Below, in pieces: positions 1-9,973 of a stretch of DNA of 64,000 bases. A program made the translations under genes and the position numbers. The stretch covers positions 128,001 through 192,000 of the forward strand of contig JBKBWQ010000001.1 of the NCBI GenBank assembly GCA_046314355.1, given 5' to 3'. The notes under the pieces were generated by a model, which worked only from the letters and a program-made list of their open reading frames with translations, made no database searches and was not told the DNA's origin. Position 1 is the first letter of the stretch; each line of letters begins with the position of its first letter. Source of the DNA: Candidatus Altimarinota bacterium (GTDB taxonomy: Bacteria; Patescibacteriota; Gracilibacteria; 1-14-2-50-48-13).

Positions 1-5
1 AGGAA

Positions 6-1724
6 GTGGGATATTTTGATGAAGAAAGATTTGGTAAAGGATATGGGGAAGAAAACGAGTGGTGTATGCGCGCTGAGAAATTCGGATACATACATTTATT
101 GGATGATGCAACTTTTGTACATCACAAAGGAAGTATGACCTTTGGAAATAGTCCTGAAAAACTAAAAAAACAGCAGGAAAATCTAGCAAAACTTCTTGAA
201 CTCTATCCGGATTATGAAAAGAGAATCCATGAGTATATCTTGAGAAAACCACTTGAGGAGATACATAATAATGTAAAGGCACATCTTGCTTATGCAAATG
301 GAAAGAGAAATATTCTACTTGTACTTCACATGCCTATTAGAGGGGCTATTGGAGGTACAGAACTTCATGTAAAGGATATTGTGGAGCATTTTTCAGATAC
401 ATACAACTTTTTTCTTTTGTATCCGGTAGGCATCCACTATTGGCAGCTTGAGGTACTCGGCGCCAAGGATCAGAAATATATTTTCCCCTTTGAGGTAAAT
501 CTCTTCACTTCTTCACTAAATAGGAAAGAAACACATAATGTTTTAGGGACTATTCTTCACCAGTTCTCTATCTCTCTTGTACATATTCATCATCTTCTCG
601 GATTTTCACTTGATGTGCCGGAAATCGTAAAGAAGTTTGGTGTACCAGTATTATTCACTGTGCATGATTTTTATTACTATGCTAATCATCCCCAGCTTTT
701 AGGAACTGATGACATACTTGAAGGGTTTGATAAAACTTCCTATGATCTCTCTAGAGATGGAATGCTGAATAAATACGAAGTAGGAAACTATGAATCATAT
801 CTCAAGTCTAGAAGAGCTGTCTGGAAACGTATATTCACTCAAGTTGCAGATAAGATTATCGTTCCTTCAAAATTTGTAGAAAAAAAGGTAAAGGAATTTA
901 TAGGAGAGGACGCGGCACCAGTGGCATTTATAGATCATCCCTCCGCATATCTGAATGCCCAAGAACCGGGAGAAAAACCTAATGACACGAGCAAGATATT
1001 AAAAGTTGCTTTTTTAGGAACATTTACACGGAATAAAGGAGCAGCATTATTTGCGGAGATAGTGAAGGAGCTTCGTAAACGAAAAGTAAAAGTAGAATTT
1101 TATATTATTGGTGCAGTCGGAGATTGGAAGACGTATTACTCAATTAAAAATAATGTTCATCACATTGCCTTTTATGATAGGGATAAAGTTGTATCGTTAC
1201 TCAAAAACAACGGCATTGAACTTATTCTTATGCCTGCTCAAGCTTATGAGACCTTTAGCTACACTCTGTCTGAAGCACAGTTTGCGGGGATACCAGTGAT
1301 TGCCACGACTATGGGTGCCCTTGAAGAAAGAGTCCATGCAGAAGATACAGGATGGACTTTCTCAAATGAAACATATATTGAAGAGACTCTTTCATTAGTA
1401 GAAAAAATAGCTCATGATAAAACTCTTCTTCATAATAAAATAAAGAATCTTAAAAACTTTCATACAAATTCATCACATGATAACAGCTTTGCTAAATATG
1501 CGGAGCTCTATTCAGCTTTTAATAAAAAAACACCTGCTGAGATGCGGCTTCACAACCATCTTTCTGACTTTACTCTCAAGGAAGGAGGAAGCAGATATAA
1601 TATTGGAGTCAGAATAAAAAACATGAAGTTTCATACCATAGATTCTCTTTATAGATTTTTGGTAAATACAAAATTAATATTTTTGATACGACCAGTGTAC
1701 AATAAGATAAAGAGAGGAAAATAA
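6..1724 (+). CDS. Glycosyltransferase (end of GT2 domain fused to GT4/GT-B domain), 5'-truncated by window edge
   Basis: GYFDEERFGKGYGEENEWCMRA (GT2 C-term); GGTELHV, TVHDFY, ETFSYTLSEA..GIPVI (GT4). Confidence 0.85.
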   Translation: MGYFDEERFGKGYGEENEWCMRAEKFGYIHLLDDATFVHHKGSMTFGNSPEKLKKQQENLAKLLELYPDYEKRIHEYILRKPLEEIHNNVKAHLAYANGKRNILLVLHMPIRGAIGGTELHVKDIVEHFSDTYNFFLLYPVGIHYWQLEVLGAKDQKYIFPFEVNLFTSSLNRKETHNVLGTILHQFSISLVHIHHLLGFSLDVPEIVKKFGVPVLFTVHDFYYYANHPQLLGTDDILEGFDKTSYDLSRDGMLNKYEVGNYESYLKSRRAVWKRIFTQVADKIIVPSKFVEKKVKEFIGEDAAPVAFIDHPSAYLNAQEPGEKPNDTSKILKVAFLGTFTRNKGAALFAEIVKELRKRKVKVEFYIIGAVGDWKTYYSIKNNVHHIAFYDRDKVVSLLKNNGIELILMPAQAYETFSYTLSEAQFAGIPVIATTMGALEERVHAEDTGWTFSNETYIEETLSLVEKIAHDKTLLHNKIKNLKNFHTNSSHDNSFAKYAELYSAFNKKTPAEMRLHNHLSDFTLKEGGSRYNIGVRIKNMKFHTIDSLYRFLVNTKLIFLIRPVYNKIKRGK

Positions 1725-1760
1725 TAAAAAAGCTGTCCGATTCCGGACAGCTTTTTTATT
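1723..1760. terminator. Bidirectional intrinsic terminator
   Basis: aataaaaaagctgtccg-attc-cggacagcttttttatt between convergent genes. Confidence 0.85.
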
Positions 1761-1767
1761 TCGTACT

Positions 1768-4458
1768 TTAGACTACAAAGTTTACGAGTCTTCCTCCGAC
1801 ATAAATTTCTTTCTTTATCTTAGTATTATCTAAAAATTTTATTACAGAGTCTGTCCTCTTAGCTTCAGCGATAGCATCTTCCTGACTTATGTCCTTATTT
1901 GCTTTGAAGGAACCTCTAAGTTTTCCATTCACCTGTACTGCAATCACTATGGTATCTTCTACGGTCAGAGCAGGATCATAGCTGGGCCATGAAGAGAGGT
2001 GGATACTATCCTTATGTCCTAAGATATGCCAAAGTTCTTCTGTAATATGAGGCGCAAATGGTGATAAGAGTTGGAGAAATGTCTCAAAGGTTGCCTGGTG
2101 TATATGATCCGCATCTGTTGCAGCATTCATAAAGATCATAAACTGTGAGACTACAGTGTTGTAATTGAATGTCTTAATATCATCAGTTGCTTTCTTGATC
2201 GTCTGATGCAGAAGAGTAGTCATCTCCTTAGAATCAGGTACATCTGATATTTTATCTTGGAGTTTCCATGTCCTTTGCAGAAATCTATAGACTCCAGCGA
2301 TACCTTTTGTGTTCCAAGGTTTTACAGCATCAAATGGTCCCATAAACATCTCATAGAGACGAAAGGCATCTGCTCCAAATTCCTTTATCGTATCATCAGG
2401 ATTAATGACGTTGCCCTTGGACTTACTCATCTTCTGGCTATCTTCTCCAAGGATCATTCCCTGGTTTTTGAGAGACTGGAAAGGCTCTACCGTTGGTACA
2501 ACTCCACAGTCATAAAGTACTTTATGCCAGAATCGAGCATACAGCAGATGGAGTACCGCATGTTCTGCGCCACCGACATACATATCTACAGGCAGCCATT
2601 CCTTTAATAAGGTAGGATGAGCTAAATATTCCTTATTCTTCGGGTCAATAAATCTCAAATAATACCAGCATGAACCTGCCCATTGAGGCATCGTATTTGT
2701 TTCTCTTTTGGCAGGACCGCTACAATTCGGACATGTGGTATTTACCCATTCATCTATGGCAGCAAGAGGACTCTCTCCAGTACCCGTAGGTTCATATTGT
2801 TCTACTTCGGGAAGCAGTACAGGGAGATCTTTCTCAGGCACAGGTACTATACCGCATTTGGCGCAGTGTACGAGAGGTATTGGTTCTCCCCAATAACGCT
2901 GTCTGGAGAAAATCCAGTCTCTAAGTTTATAGTTCACTGTTCTTTCTCCTTTTTCATGCTGTTCCAGCCAGATTGTCATTTCTTCCCGTGCATCCTCGGA
3001 AGTCATACCATTAAAGTATCCAGAAGAAATCAGATAACCATCTTCTGTGAATGCTTCTCTCATCAATTCAGAATGTTCTCCGCTCCAAGAAGCACCTTCC
3101 TGAGTCTTCAAAAAGCTATTCCAAAGTGAGTATGCATTCTTAGCAGTCTCATTAGCTTCAGAATTTTCTAGACACTCCTTTTCCTTTAAAAAATGAAGCC
3201 ATGCTTCTCGTTCTTCTGCAAGAGTTTTTTCATCCTCTTTCCCTACAGGAATAATACTTCCAGATTTAATTGCTTCAAATATCTCTTTCTCTTTTTCAGA
3301 GCTCTTAAGATATATTTCATCAAATTCTGTCTGAGTCAGTGAGGGAAATTTTGTTATGACTCTTTTTACAGGTATGGAGTACTTTTTTGCAAAATCAAAA
3401 TCTCTCTCGTCATGAGCAGGGACTCCGATCACAGCTCCTGTCCCGTAAAATCCTAGAACATAATCACCCACATAGACAGGTATCTTTTCTCCTGTAAATG
3501 GATTGATAGCGTAAGATCCCGTAAATACTCCAGTCTTTTCCTTTGCTAACTCAGTTCGTTCGAGCTGAGATTTGCTCTTTGCCTGAAAGATATAACTCTC
3601 CATAACCTTTTTATTTTCTTCAAGGGTAAGCATATCCACAAGAGGATGCTCAGGTGCAAGAGTAATAAAAGTTATTCCGTATGCGGTATCTAGTCTCGTT
3701 GTAAAGGCTTCAATAGTCTTATCTGTAGCTTGACCTTCTTTTGAGGCAATCTGAAGTGTAAATGTTGCCCCAGTACTTTTGCCTATCCAGTTACGCTGAA
3801 GTTCAAGTATGCTTGATGGCCAGTTTAATCCATCAAGATCTGTCAGAAGTCTCTCGGCATATTCCGTAATTTTAAGTACCCATTGTCGTATAGGACGCTG
3901 TTCTACAATAGCTCCGCATCTTTCACATTCATTACCTTTTACAACTTCCTCATTTGCCAAACCTGTCTTACAGCTTGGACACCAGTTGATTGGAAGACTG
4001 GATTCGTAAGCAAGACCCTTTTTAAAGAGTTTCAAGAATATCCATTGAGTCCATTTATAATACTCTGGGTCAGTGGTATTTACTTGTCTGTCCCAATCGT
4101 AAGAGAACCCGATCTGTTTTAACTGCTGAGTAAAGTAAGCAATATTTTTTTCTGTAGTAATGCGGGGATGTACTCCAGTCTTTATAGCATAATTTTCTGC
4201 AGGCAATCCAAATGCATCCCACCCCATTGGATGAAGTACGGCATAGTTATTCATTCTATGAAAACGTGCAAAAATATCTGTACCAATATAACCGAGCGGA
4301 TGACCTACATGTAAGCCAGCTCCTGAAGGATAGGGGAACATATCAAGAACGTACATTTTTTTCTTACCTGAATCCACAGGTGTTGCATAGGTTTTATGAG
4401 AATGCCAGTATTCCTGCCATTTTTTTTCAAAGGAATCCGGCTGATAGGTAGTGGACAT
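1768..4458 (-). CDS. leuS: Leucine--tRNA ligase
   Basis: MFPYPSGAGLHVGH (HIGH), KMSKS, GTGAVIGVPAHDERD editing domain, DWIFSRQRYWGEPIP. Confidence 0.98.
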   Translation of the reverse strand: MSTTYQPDSFEKKWQEYWHSHKTYATPVDSGKKKMYVLDMFPYPSGAGLHVGHPLGYIGTDIFARFHRMNNYAVLHPMGWDAFGLPAENYAIKTGVHPRITTEKNIAYFTQQLKQIGFSYDWDRQVNTTDPEYYKWTQWIFLKLFKKGLAYESSLPINWCPSCKTGLANEEVVKGNECERCGAIVEQRPIRQWVLKITEYAERLLTDLDGLNWPSSILELQRNWIGKSTGATFTLQIASKEGQATDKTIEAFTTRLDTAYGITFITLAPEHPLVDMLTLEENKKVMESYIFQAKSKSQLERTELAKEKTGVFTGSYAINPFTGEKIPVYVGDYVLGFYGTGAVIGVPAHDERDFDFAKKYSIPVKRVITKFPSLTQTEFDEIYLKSSEKEKEIFEAIKSGSIIPVGKEDEKTLAEEREAWLHFLKEKECLENSEANETAKNAYSLWNSFLKTQEGASWSGEHSELMREAFTEDGYLISSGYFNGMTSEDAREEMTIWLEQHEKGERTVNYKLRDWIFSRQRYWGEPIPLVHCAKCGIVPVPEKDLPVLLPEVEQYEPTGTGESPLAAIDEWVNTTCPNCSGPAKRETNTMPQWAGSCWYYLRFIDPKNKEYLAHPTLLKEWLPVDMYVGGAEHAVLHLLYARFWHKVLYDCGVVPTVEPFQSLKNQGMILGEDSQKMSKSKGNVINPDDTIKEFGADAFRLYEMFMGPFDAVKPWNTKGIAGVYRFLQRTWKLQDKISDVPDSKEMTTLLHQTIKKATDDIKTFNYNTVVSQFMIFMNAATDADHIHQATFETFLQLLSPFAPHITEELWHILGHKDSIHLSSWPSYDPALTVEDTIVIAVQVNGKLRGSFKANKDISQEDAIAEAKRTDSVIKFLDNTKIKKEIYVGGRLVNFVV

Positions 4459-4496
4459 AGTATCTATAGTGAAGACAGAAGGTGTATAACTGTATG

Positions 4497-4525
4497 ATAG
4501 TAGTCAGAAAAGAGGAATTAGGCAA
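4497..4525 (-). promoter_or_regulatory. Sigma70-type promoter for leuS
   Basis: TTGCCT-17bp-TACTAT on minus strand. Confidence 0.55.
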
Positions 4526-4535
4526 GGGAGGAATT

Positions 4536-4654
4536 CAATATTGGACTCAATAATTGGGGCTCGTTATTTGGCTCTTATAATTAGGGCTACAGTAATTGAG
4601 CTCAATTACTGAATTATTGAGCCCAATTATCGCGCCCAAATTACCGAGCCAAAT
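4536..4654. repeat. Palindromic array of degenerate ~13-bp units (AATAATTGGGCTC / GAGCCCAATTATT), copy 1
   Basis: Units in opposite orientation either side of the perfect 22-bp palindrome cagtaattgagctcaattactg (4590-4611). Confidence 0.8.
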
Positions 4655-4657
4655 CCC

Positions 4658-4686
4658 TTGACTTTACACTTCATTAAACGTATATT
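4658..4686 (+). promoter_or_regulatory. Sigma70-type promoter for MarR-efflux operon
   Basis: TTGACT-17bp-TATATT, followed by imperfect palindrome aatattttaaaagtatt (possible MarR operator). Confidence 0.6.
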
Positions 4687-4724
4687 TTGATTGACTAAAT
4701 ATTTTAAAAGTATTCAAATATAAA

Positions 4725-5168
4725 TTGAATTCAATACTACACTACACACAGTCGCTGATGCATGTGATGAGGAATGTGCATAAAGGTCTTCATCAAGATG
4801 AAGGGGCAAAAAGTGATTTGGAGCATCTCACTATGCAGCAGTTCCAGGCTATCCTTTTTGTGCAGTGTAAAAAAAGAGTGTCTATGAGAGAAGTTGCAGA
4901 GGAGATGAAAGTTACCCCGGCAACAGCCACATCTCTTGTGGAGAAGCTTGTAAGGAAAGGACTACTTAAACGGATTATCCTGCCTGAAAATAGAAGAAGT
5001 GTCTATATAACCCTAAGCGAGCACGCAGAACAGCATTTTGAACAAATGATGGAAAAGAAGCTCTATGCTCTTTCAAAGGTATTTTCTAAAATGACTGAAA
5101 AGGATAGAGAAGATTTGCTCCGGGTTCTTACTAACCTGAGTGAGATCGTAGATAAGCATTCAAATTAA
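4725..5168 (+). CDS. MarR family transcriptional regulator
   Basis: LTMQQFQAI, wHTH SMREVAEEMKVTPATATSLVEKLVRKGLLKR, ENRRSVYITL. Confidence 0.92.
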   Translation: MNSILHYTQSLMHVMRNVHKGLHQDEGAKSDLEHLTMQQFQAILFVQCKKRVSMREVAEEMKVTPATATSLVEKLVRKGLLKRIILPENRRSVYITLSEHAEQHFEQMMEKKLYALSKVFSKMTEKDREDLLRVLTNLSEIVDKHSN

Positions 5169-5201
5169 CATATAAACTTCCATATTATTATATTAGTACT
5201 T

Positions 5202-7436
5202 ATGAACTTCTTGAAAAAAAATTATAAATGGCTGCTTGGAGTGCTAGTAATAGCCGGAGTGATAGCAGTGGTGAAAGGGGCAGGAGAAAGTGCTTCTGCT
5301 GTTGAGTATGAGACTACTACGATTGGTTCAGGAAGTGTTCAAGCTACGGTATCTGTGGTAGGTTCAGTTACACCTAAAAAAGAAATACAGCTTTCTTTTC
5401 AAAATAGCGGAAGAATTCAGACTCTTAATGTAAAAGAGGGAGATCGTGTAAGCAGCGGACAGGTACTTGCGGAAATCAATACGGATGATATCCAAAGCCA
5501 AATAGCAAGAGATGAAGCTGCTGTTGCTGTATCCAGAGCGCAGCTTGAGAAAACGCTACAGGGGATAAAGCTGGAGGATAGACAAGTACTTCAGACAAGT
5601 ATTTCAAATGCTGAGAGATCTCTTGCTCAAGCCCAGTCAAGTTATAAAAGCACACAAGCATCCAGTCAGGCAGATATTGCAGCTGCTGATACTGCACTGA
5701 CAAATGCCAAAAAGGTTTTTGATGCAACTTCTACTTCTAATGAGACGGTGAATACTAAGGATATACAGACTTTTCAGGCTGCTGTTGCAAATTCACTGAG
5801 TGTACTTGCAGCAACGCAGGCAGCAAATGTTGAAACTGTGAAATCCTCTCAATCAGGGGTGGAGAGTGCTCAGGTTGCTTTAAATAATACAAAGAAAAAC
5901 CTAGAGACAGGTATTCCTGTCCAGGATAAGAATGTTTCGAAGGCTCAGGAAGATTCTTTCTATAACTCTGTAAACTATCTTAACGAAGTAGATAATTCAC
6001 TTAGAGCTATCAATAACATCATCACAGTTGAAGAATATAACAAAGATGCCAATCGTGCTTACAGAGAATTATTGGGAGTACAAAAACAGCATTCCTATAA
6101 TACTACCGTCAATGCATACTATATTTTAAAGAAGGAATTTAACGATAATAAATCATTATTTGTAATAACTGACCGGACATTGAGCTATGGCGAAATTGTC
6201 GCGCGTTTGGAAAAATTAAAGACCTTGTTAGATAATGCATTCAATACATTGTCTACGACGTATGAAATGGTTTCAAATTCTTTAACAAGCAGAGATTTAA
6301 GCCAAAGTACTTTAGATGCTTTTAGAACAAGTATACTTGCCCAGAGAACAGCGGTGACGAATGCTCTTTCTGCTCTTTCAAATATTAAGAAAAATGTTGA
6401 ATCTCTTGAACTTCAGAGAACTTCTAATGTAACGACACTCCAAAATGCTGTGGATACAGCAGAGAAATCTTTAGACAGTGCAAAGCAGAGTCTAGAGAAT
6501 GTAAGAGCACAGGCAGTTCTATCAGAGACTAATGCAAAAAATAATCTTAAAACAGCTCAGGATAATGTTGAAAAAGCAAAAGCAGGACTTTCTAGTAAAG
6601 AACTTACTGTTATAAATGCACAGAATGCATATGCGGCTGCGCAAAAAAATCTAGAAAGTGCATTAGCTAGAGCTGACTCACAGCTTCAGACAGCACAAAA
6701 TAGTGTAGTATCAGCACAGTCTCAGCTCTCCACTGCTCAAGCTCAACTAGCCGCTCAGACAGCTCCAGCAAGAGCTGCAGATATACAAGTAGCTCAAGCA
6801 CAGGTAAAACAGGCAGAGGCAACGCTCGCAAGTACAAGAACAAGACTAGGGCAAACTCAGCTTATAGCTCCAGGACAAGGTACAGTAACGACCATTCCTG
6901 TTAATATAGGTGAGCAGGCTGGACCAAGCACTATCGCTGTACGTATGATCTCTGAGGATGTAAATATTATTGAAGCAAATGTGGCTGAGACCGAAGTTGG
7001 TAAGGTTGCCGTTGGTCAGAAAGTACTGATAGATTTTGATGCATTCTCAGTGAATGATAAATATCAGGGCACAGTAGCATTCATCAATCAGGATAAAACG
7101 GTACAGGATGGAGTAATATACTACCGGATTCAGGTTACTTTCAATACAAAGGAGTTTGCAGCTAACAATATACGACCAGGAATGACGGCAAATCTTAATG
7201 TCATCACTTCAGAGTTAAGTGGAATTGTGACTGTATCTAATCAGGCTTTAAAAGAAGAATTTAAAGATGGCGTCTCCTCTGATTATGTGGAAGTTGCTGA
7301 AATGGAGGGAAGTAAGCAGAATGTAGTCAAGAAATTTGTACAGCTTGGAGTAAGAGGTGACTCAACTTCAGAGGTACTCTCAGGACTTACAGAAAGTGAT
7401 CAAATCATACTTTTTACAAAGACAGCTAATGAGTAG
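5202..7436 (+). CDS. Efflux membrane fusion/adaptor protein (MacA/HlyD family) with very long coiled coil
   Basis: N-terminal TM, SGRIQTLNVKEGDRVSSGQVLAEI lipoyl half, IAPGQGTV, IRPGMTAN, GVRGDSTSEVLSGL. Confidence 0.88.
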   Translation: MNFLKKNYKWLLGVLVIAGVIAVVKGAGESASAVEYETTTIGSGSVQATVSVVGSVTPKKEIQLSFQNSGRIQTLNVKEGDRVSSGQVLAEINTDDIQSQIARDEAAVAVSRAQLEKTLQGIKLEDRQVLQTSISNAERSLAQAQSSYKSTQASSQADIAAADTALTNAKKVFDATSTSNETVNTKDIQTFQAAVANSLSVLAATQAANVETVKSSQSGVESAQVALNNTKKNLETGIPVQDKNVSKAQEDSFYNSVNYLNEVDNSLRAINNIITVEEYNKDANRAYRELLGVQKQHSYNTTVNAYYILKKEFNDNKSLFVITDRTLSYGEIVARLEKLKTLLDNAFNTLSTTYEMVSNSLTSRDLSQSTLDAFRTSILAQRTAVTNALSALSNIKKNVESLELQRTSNVTTLQNAVDTAEKSLDSAKQSLENVRAQAVLSETNAKNNLKTAQDNVEKAKAGLSSKELTVINAQNAYAAAQKNLESALARADSQLQTAQNSVVSAQSQLSTAQAQLAAQTAPARAADIQVAQAQVKQAEATLASTRTRLGQTQLIAPGQGTVTTIPVNIGEQAGPSTIAVRMISEDVNIIEANVAETEVGKVAVGQKVLIDFDAFSVNDKYQGTVAFINQDKTVQDGVIYYRIQVTFNTKEFAANNIRPGMTANLNVITSELSGIVTVSNQALKEEFKDGVSSDYVEVAEMEGSKQNVVKKFVQLGVRGDSTSEVLSGLTESDQIILFTKTANE

Positions 7437-8151
7437 TACTACACCGGTTATTCAAATGAATGGCATAGAGAAAAGCTACAATGTTGGAGAAAACAGTGTG
7501 CTTATCCTCAAAGGTATCGATCTAACTGTGATGGAAGGAGAATATGTCGCTATCATGGGACCATCTGGTAGTGGAAAATCCACATTGATGAATATTATTG
7601 GATTTTTGGATCGTCCCACAAAGGGAGATTACTACCTCGATGGCGTACACATGCAGTCTCTGCATGATGAGGATCTTGCTAAAATTAGAAATCAGAAGTT
7701 GGGATTTGTATTTCAGTCCTTTAATCTTCTCGCGAGAACTTCAGCTCTTGATAATGTAATCCTTCCCCTTATCTACGCAGGTATCAACTCTAGAAAAGAG
7801 CGGATTCAGAGGGCAGAAGAAGCTCTAAGATCTGTAGGACTAGAACAGAAAATGAAGAATAAACCCAATGAACTCTCAGGAGGTCAGCAGCAGCGTGTCT
7901 CCATCGCACGGGCGCTCGTAAATAATCCCGCAATGATTCTCGCAGATGAGCCGACGGGAGCGTTGGATTCTCATACTACAGAGGAGGTGCTAAATATCTT
8001 TGATAAGGTACATGGGATGGGAAGAACAATTGTAATGATTACTCATGAGCCGGATGTTGCAGCTCGGGCTGAACGAGTGATTCACATACGTGATGGTCTC
8101 ATTGTGGAAGATATACAAAATCGCCCTAGACTTAATACTTTTCAAGCATGA
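7429..8151 (+). CDS. ABC transporter ATP-binding protein (MacB/LolD family)
   Basis: GPSGSGKST, LSGGQQQRV, ILADEPTGALD; ATG at 7429 overlaps upstream stop. Confidence 0.95.
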   Translation: MSSTTPVIQMNGIEKSYNVGENSVLILKGIDLTVMEGEYVAIMGPSGSGKSTLMNIIGFLDRPTKGDYYLDGVHMQSLHDEDLAKIRNQKLGFVFQSFNLLARTSALDNVILPLIYAGINSRKERIQRAEEALRSVGLEQKMKNKPNELSGGQQQRVSIARALVNNPAMILADEPTGALDSHTTEEVLNIFDKVHGMGRTIVMITHEPDVAARAERVIHIRDGLIVEDIQNRPRLNTFQA

Positions 8152-9410
8152 TACTTCAGTTAGGAAATAACATTAAACAGGCGCTATCGAGCATACGCTC
8201 TAATAAACTAAGATCTATACTTACAATGCTTGGTATTATCATTGGTGTAGGATCTGTTATTGTTTTGCTTGCAGCAGGTAAAGGTGCCCAGCATCTTATT
8301 CTGCAGCAGGTAGAAGATCTTGGATCAAATATTATTTTTATCCTTCCAGGCGGAGATGGAGGTCAGAGGACTGGTCCACCAGCAAGTGCTCGGGGTATCA
8401 TAGTAAAGACTCTCACTCTCTCTGACGCAGAAGCGATTATGCAGAAGGGAAATGTACCTTCTGCAAGTAGAGTGTCTACTTTTACGGGACTTACACGGAC
8501 GCAGATAAGTCTTGGAAATGGCAAAGAACTCAGCATAAATGCCCAAGGACGAGACAGGACATATTTTGAAATGAAAAACTTTACTCTTGCCTCAGGACGA
8601 ATCTGGAATTCTTCTGAAGAAAAATCCTTGGCAAAGGTTGCTATTCTTGGACATAAAGCAAAAGTTAATATTTTTGGTGAAGATTCAGGCAATGTAGTGG
8701 GACAAAGAATCAAAGTGAAAAATCAGAATTTTCAAATCATAGGAGTCTTATCAGATACTGGCGGAGGGTTAGGAGCTGCCTTTGGTCAGGCAGATGATGA
8801 AAATATCATTGTCCCTGTAGAGGTAGCACAAAAATATCTGCTTGGAGTGGACTATCTTGCGGGGTTACAGATTGAAGCTGTCTCTGAGAGTCAGATTACA
8901 CCTGCTATTGATCAGGCTACAAAGCTCCTGCGAGACCGTCACAATATTCGTGAGGGCAGAGAAAACGATTTTTCAATACGTACTCAAAAAGAAGCTCTTG
9001 ATATATTAGGTACAATTACCAGTGTATTTACACTATTCCTCGCCGCAGTTGCTGCTATCTCACTGATAGTAGGAGGTATAGGTATTATGAATATTATGCT
9101 TGTCGTAGTGACTGAGCGCACAAAGGAGATCGGTCTTAGAAAAGCCATAGGTGCGAGAAGAAAAGATATTCTTTTACAATTTCTTATAGAGTCAATTTCT
9201 GTCACTCTTGTGGGAGGTACTATCGGTATTGCGATAGGTCTTTTAGGTTCTCTTGGTCTTGCACAGGCTGGAGGATGGCCATTTGAATTAGACTTAAGCG
9301 CTATAGCACTTGCCTTCGGAGTATCTGCGGTATTTGGTATAGTATTTGGTCTTTACCCTGCAAATAAAGCCTCTAAGCTCAATCCAATTGATGCGCTTAG
9401 ATATGAATAA
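8148..9410 (+). CDS. ABC transporter permease (MacB/FtsX family)
   Basis: RSILTMLGIIIGV, VGGIGIMNIMLV.VTERTKEIGLRKAIGA, PIDALRYE. Confidence 0.95.
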   Translation: MILQLGNNIKQALSSIRSNKLRSILTMLGIIIGVGSVIVLLAAGKGAQHLILQQVEDLGSNIIFILPGGDGGQRTGPPASARGIIVKTLTLSDAEAIMQKGNVPSASRVSTFTGLTRTQISLGNGKELSINAQGRDRTYFEMKNFTLASGRIWNSSEEKSLAKVAILGHKAKVNIFGEDSGNVVGQRIKVKNQNFQIIGVLSDTGGGLGAAFGQADDENIIVPVEVAQKYLLGVDYLAGLQIEAVSESQITPAIDQATKLLRDRHNIREGRENDFSIRTQKEALDILGTITSVFTLFLAAVAAISLIVGGIGIMNIMLVVVTERTKEIGLRKAIGARRKDILLQFLIESISVTLVGGTIGIAIGLLGSLGLAQAGGWPFELDLSAIALAFGVSAVFGIVFGLYPANKASKLNPIDALRYE

Positions 9411-9950
9411 TTAAGGCTGGGAGGAAAAGAGAGGAGTAATCTTTAGAGTATTCAGTGTTGTTTGAGTATTTTCCGGTAATATAAGTTGTACTGTAAGGGA
9501 AGAAACAGGCTCACCTAATGCAATATCCTGATAAAAGGCATTTGTACCCGAAGTAACTATTGTATGAAGGGCTTTTCCACTATCAGCTATAAGCTTTATG
9601 ACGATAGGTGAAGAATTCTTTGTAGTACTATCTAACGCAACTCGTAATCCAGATGTCTGCGGTGCTAAAGCAATACGTTGGCTAAGTGTTATCTGGGAAC
9701 TGCCGGTACTAAATATACGTCCGCCACTGGATGTAGTGCTTTCCATAGCAGGAGTGATTTTCCAGAGAGAAGGATCAGCAAATGTAAAAATTTCATCTTT
9801 GACTAAGTTATCTGATGTGCTTATTTCTGGTGATGGAAGAAGGCTTATAGGTACACTTGGGGGATTGAAGGGCGTGGCTATGATAGCGATGATCATAAGA
9901 ATAATCGCCCCTGCAAATAGAAAAAATTTCTGCTTCTGCTGTGGATCCAT
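9411..9950 (-). CDS. Hypothetical membrane-anchored protein
   Basis: N-terminal TM helix then beta-rich domain; follows cmk on the same strand. Confidence 0.6.
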   Translation of the reverse strand: MDPQQKQKFFLFAGAIILMIIAIIATPFNPPSVPISLLPSPEISTSDNLVKDEIFTFADPSLWKITPAMESTTSSGGRIFSTGSSQITLSQRIALAPQTSGLRVALDSTTKNSSPIVIKLIADSGKALHTIVTSGTNAFYQDIALGEPVSSLTVQLILPENTQTTLNTLKITPLFSSQP

Positions 9951-9973
9951 AGTTGTAGAGTAATAGTAGATAC

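Noticed and set aside
4536-4654. Repeat arrays as CRISPR
   Set aside because: Units are ~13 bp, degenerate, adjacent and inverted about a centre; no unique spacers and no cas genes
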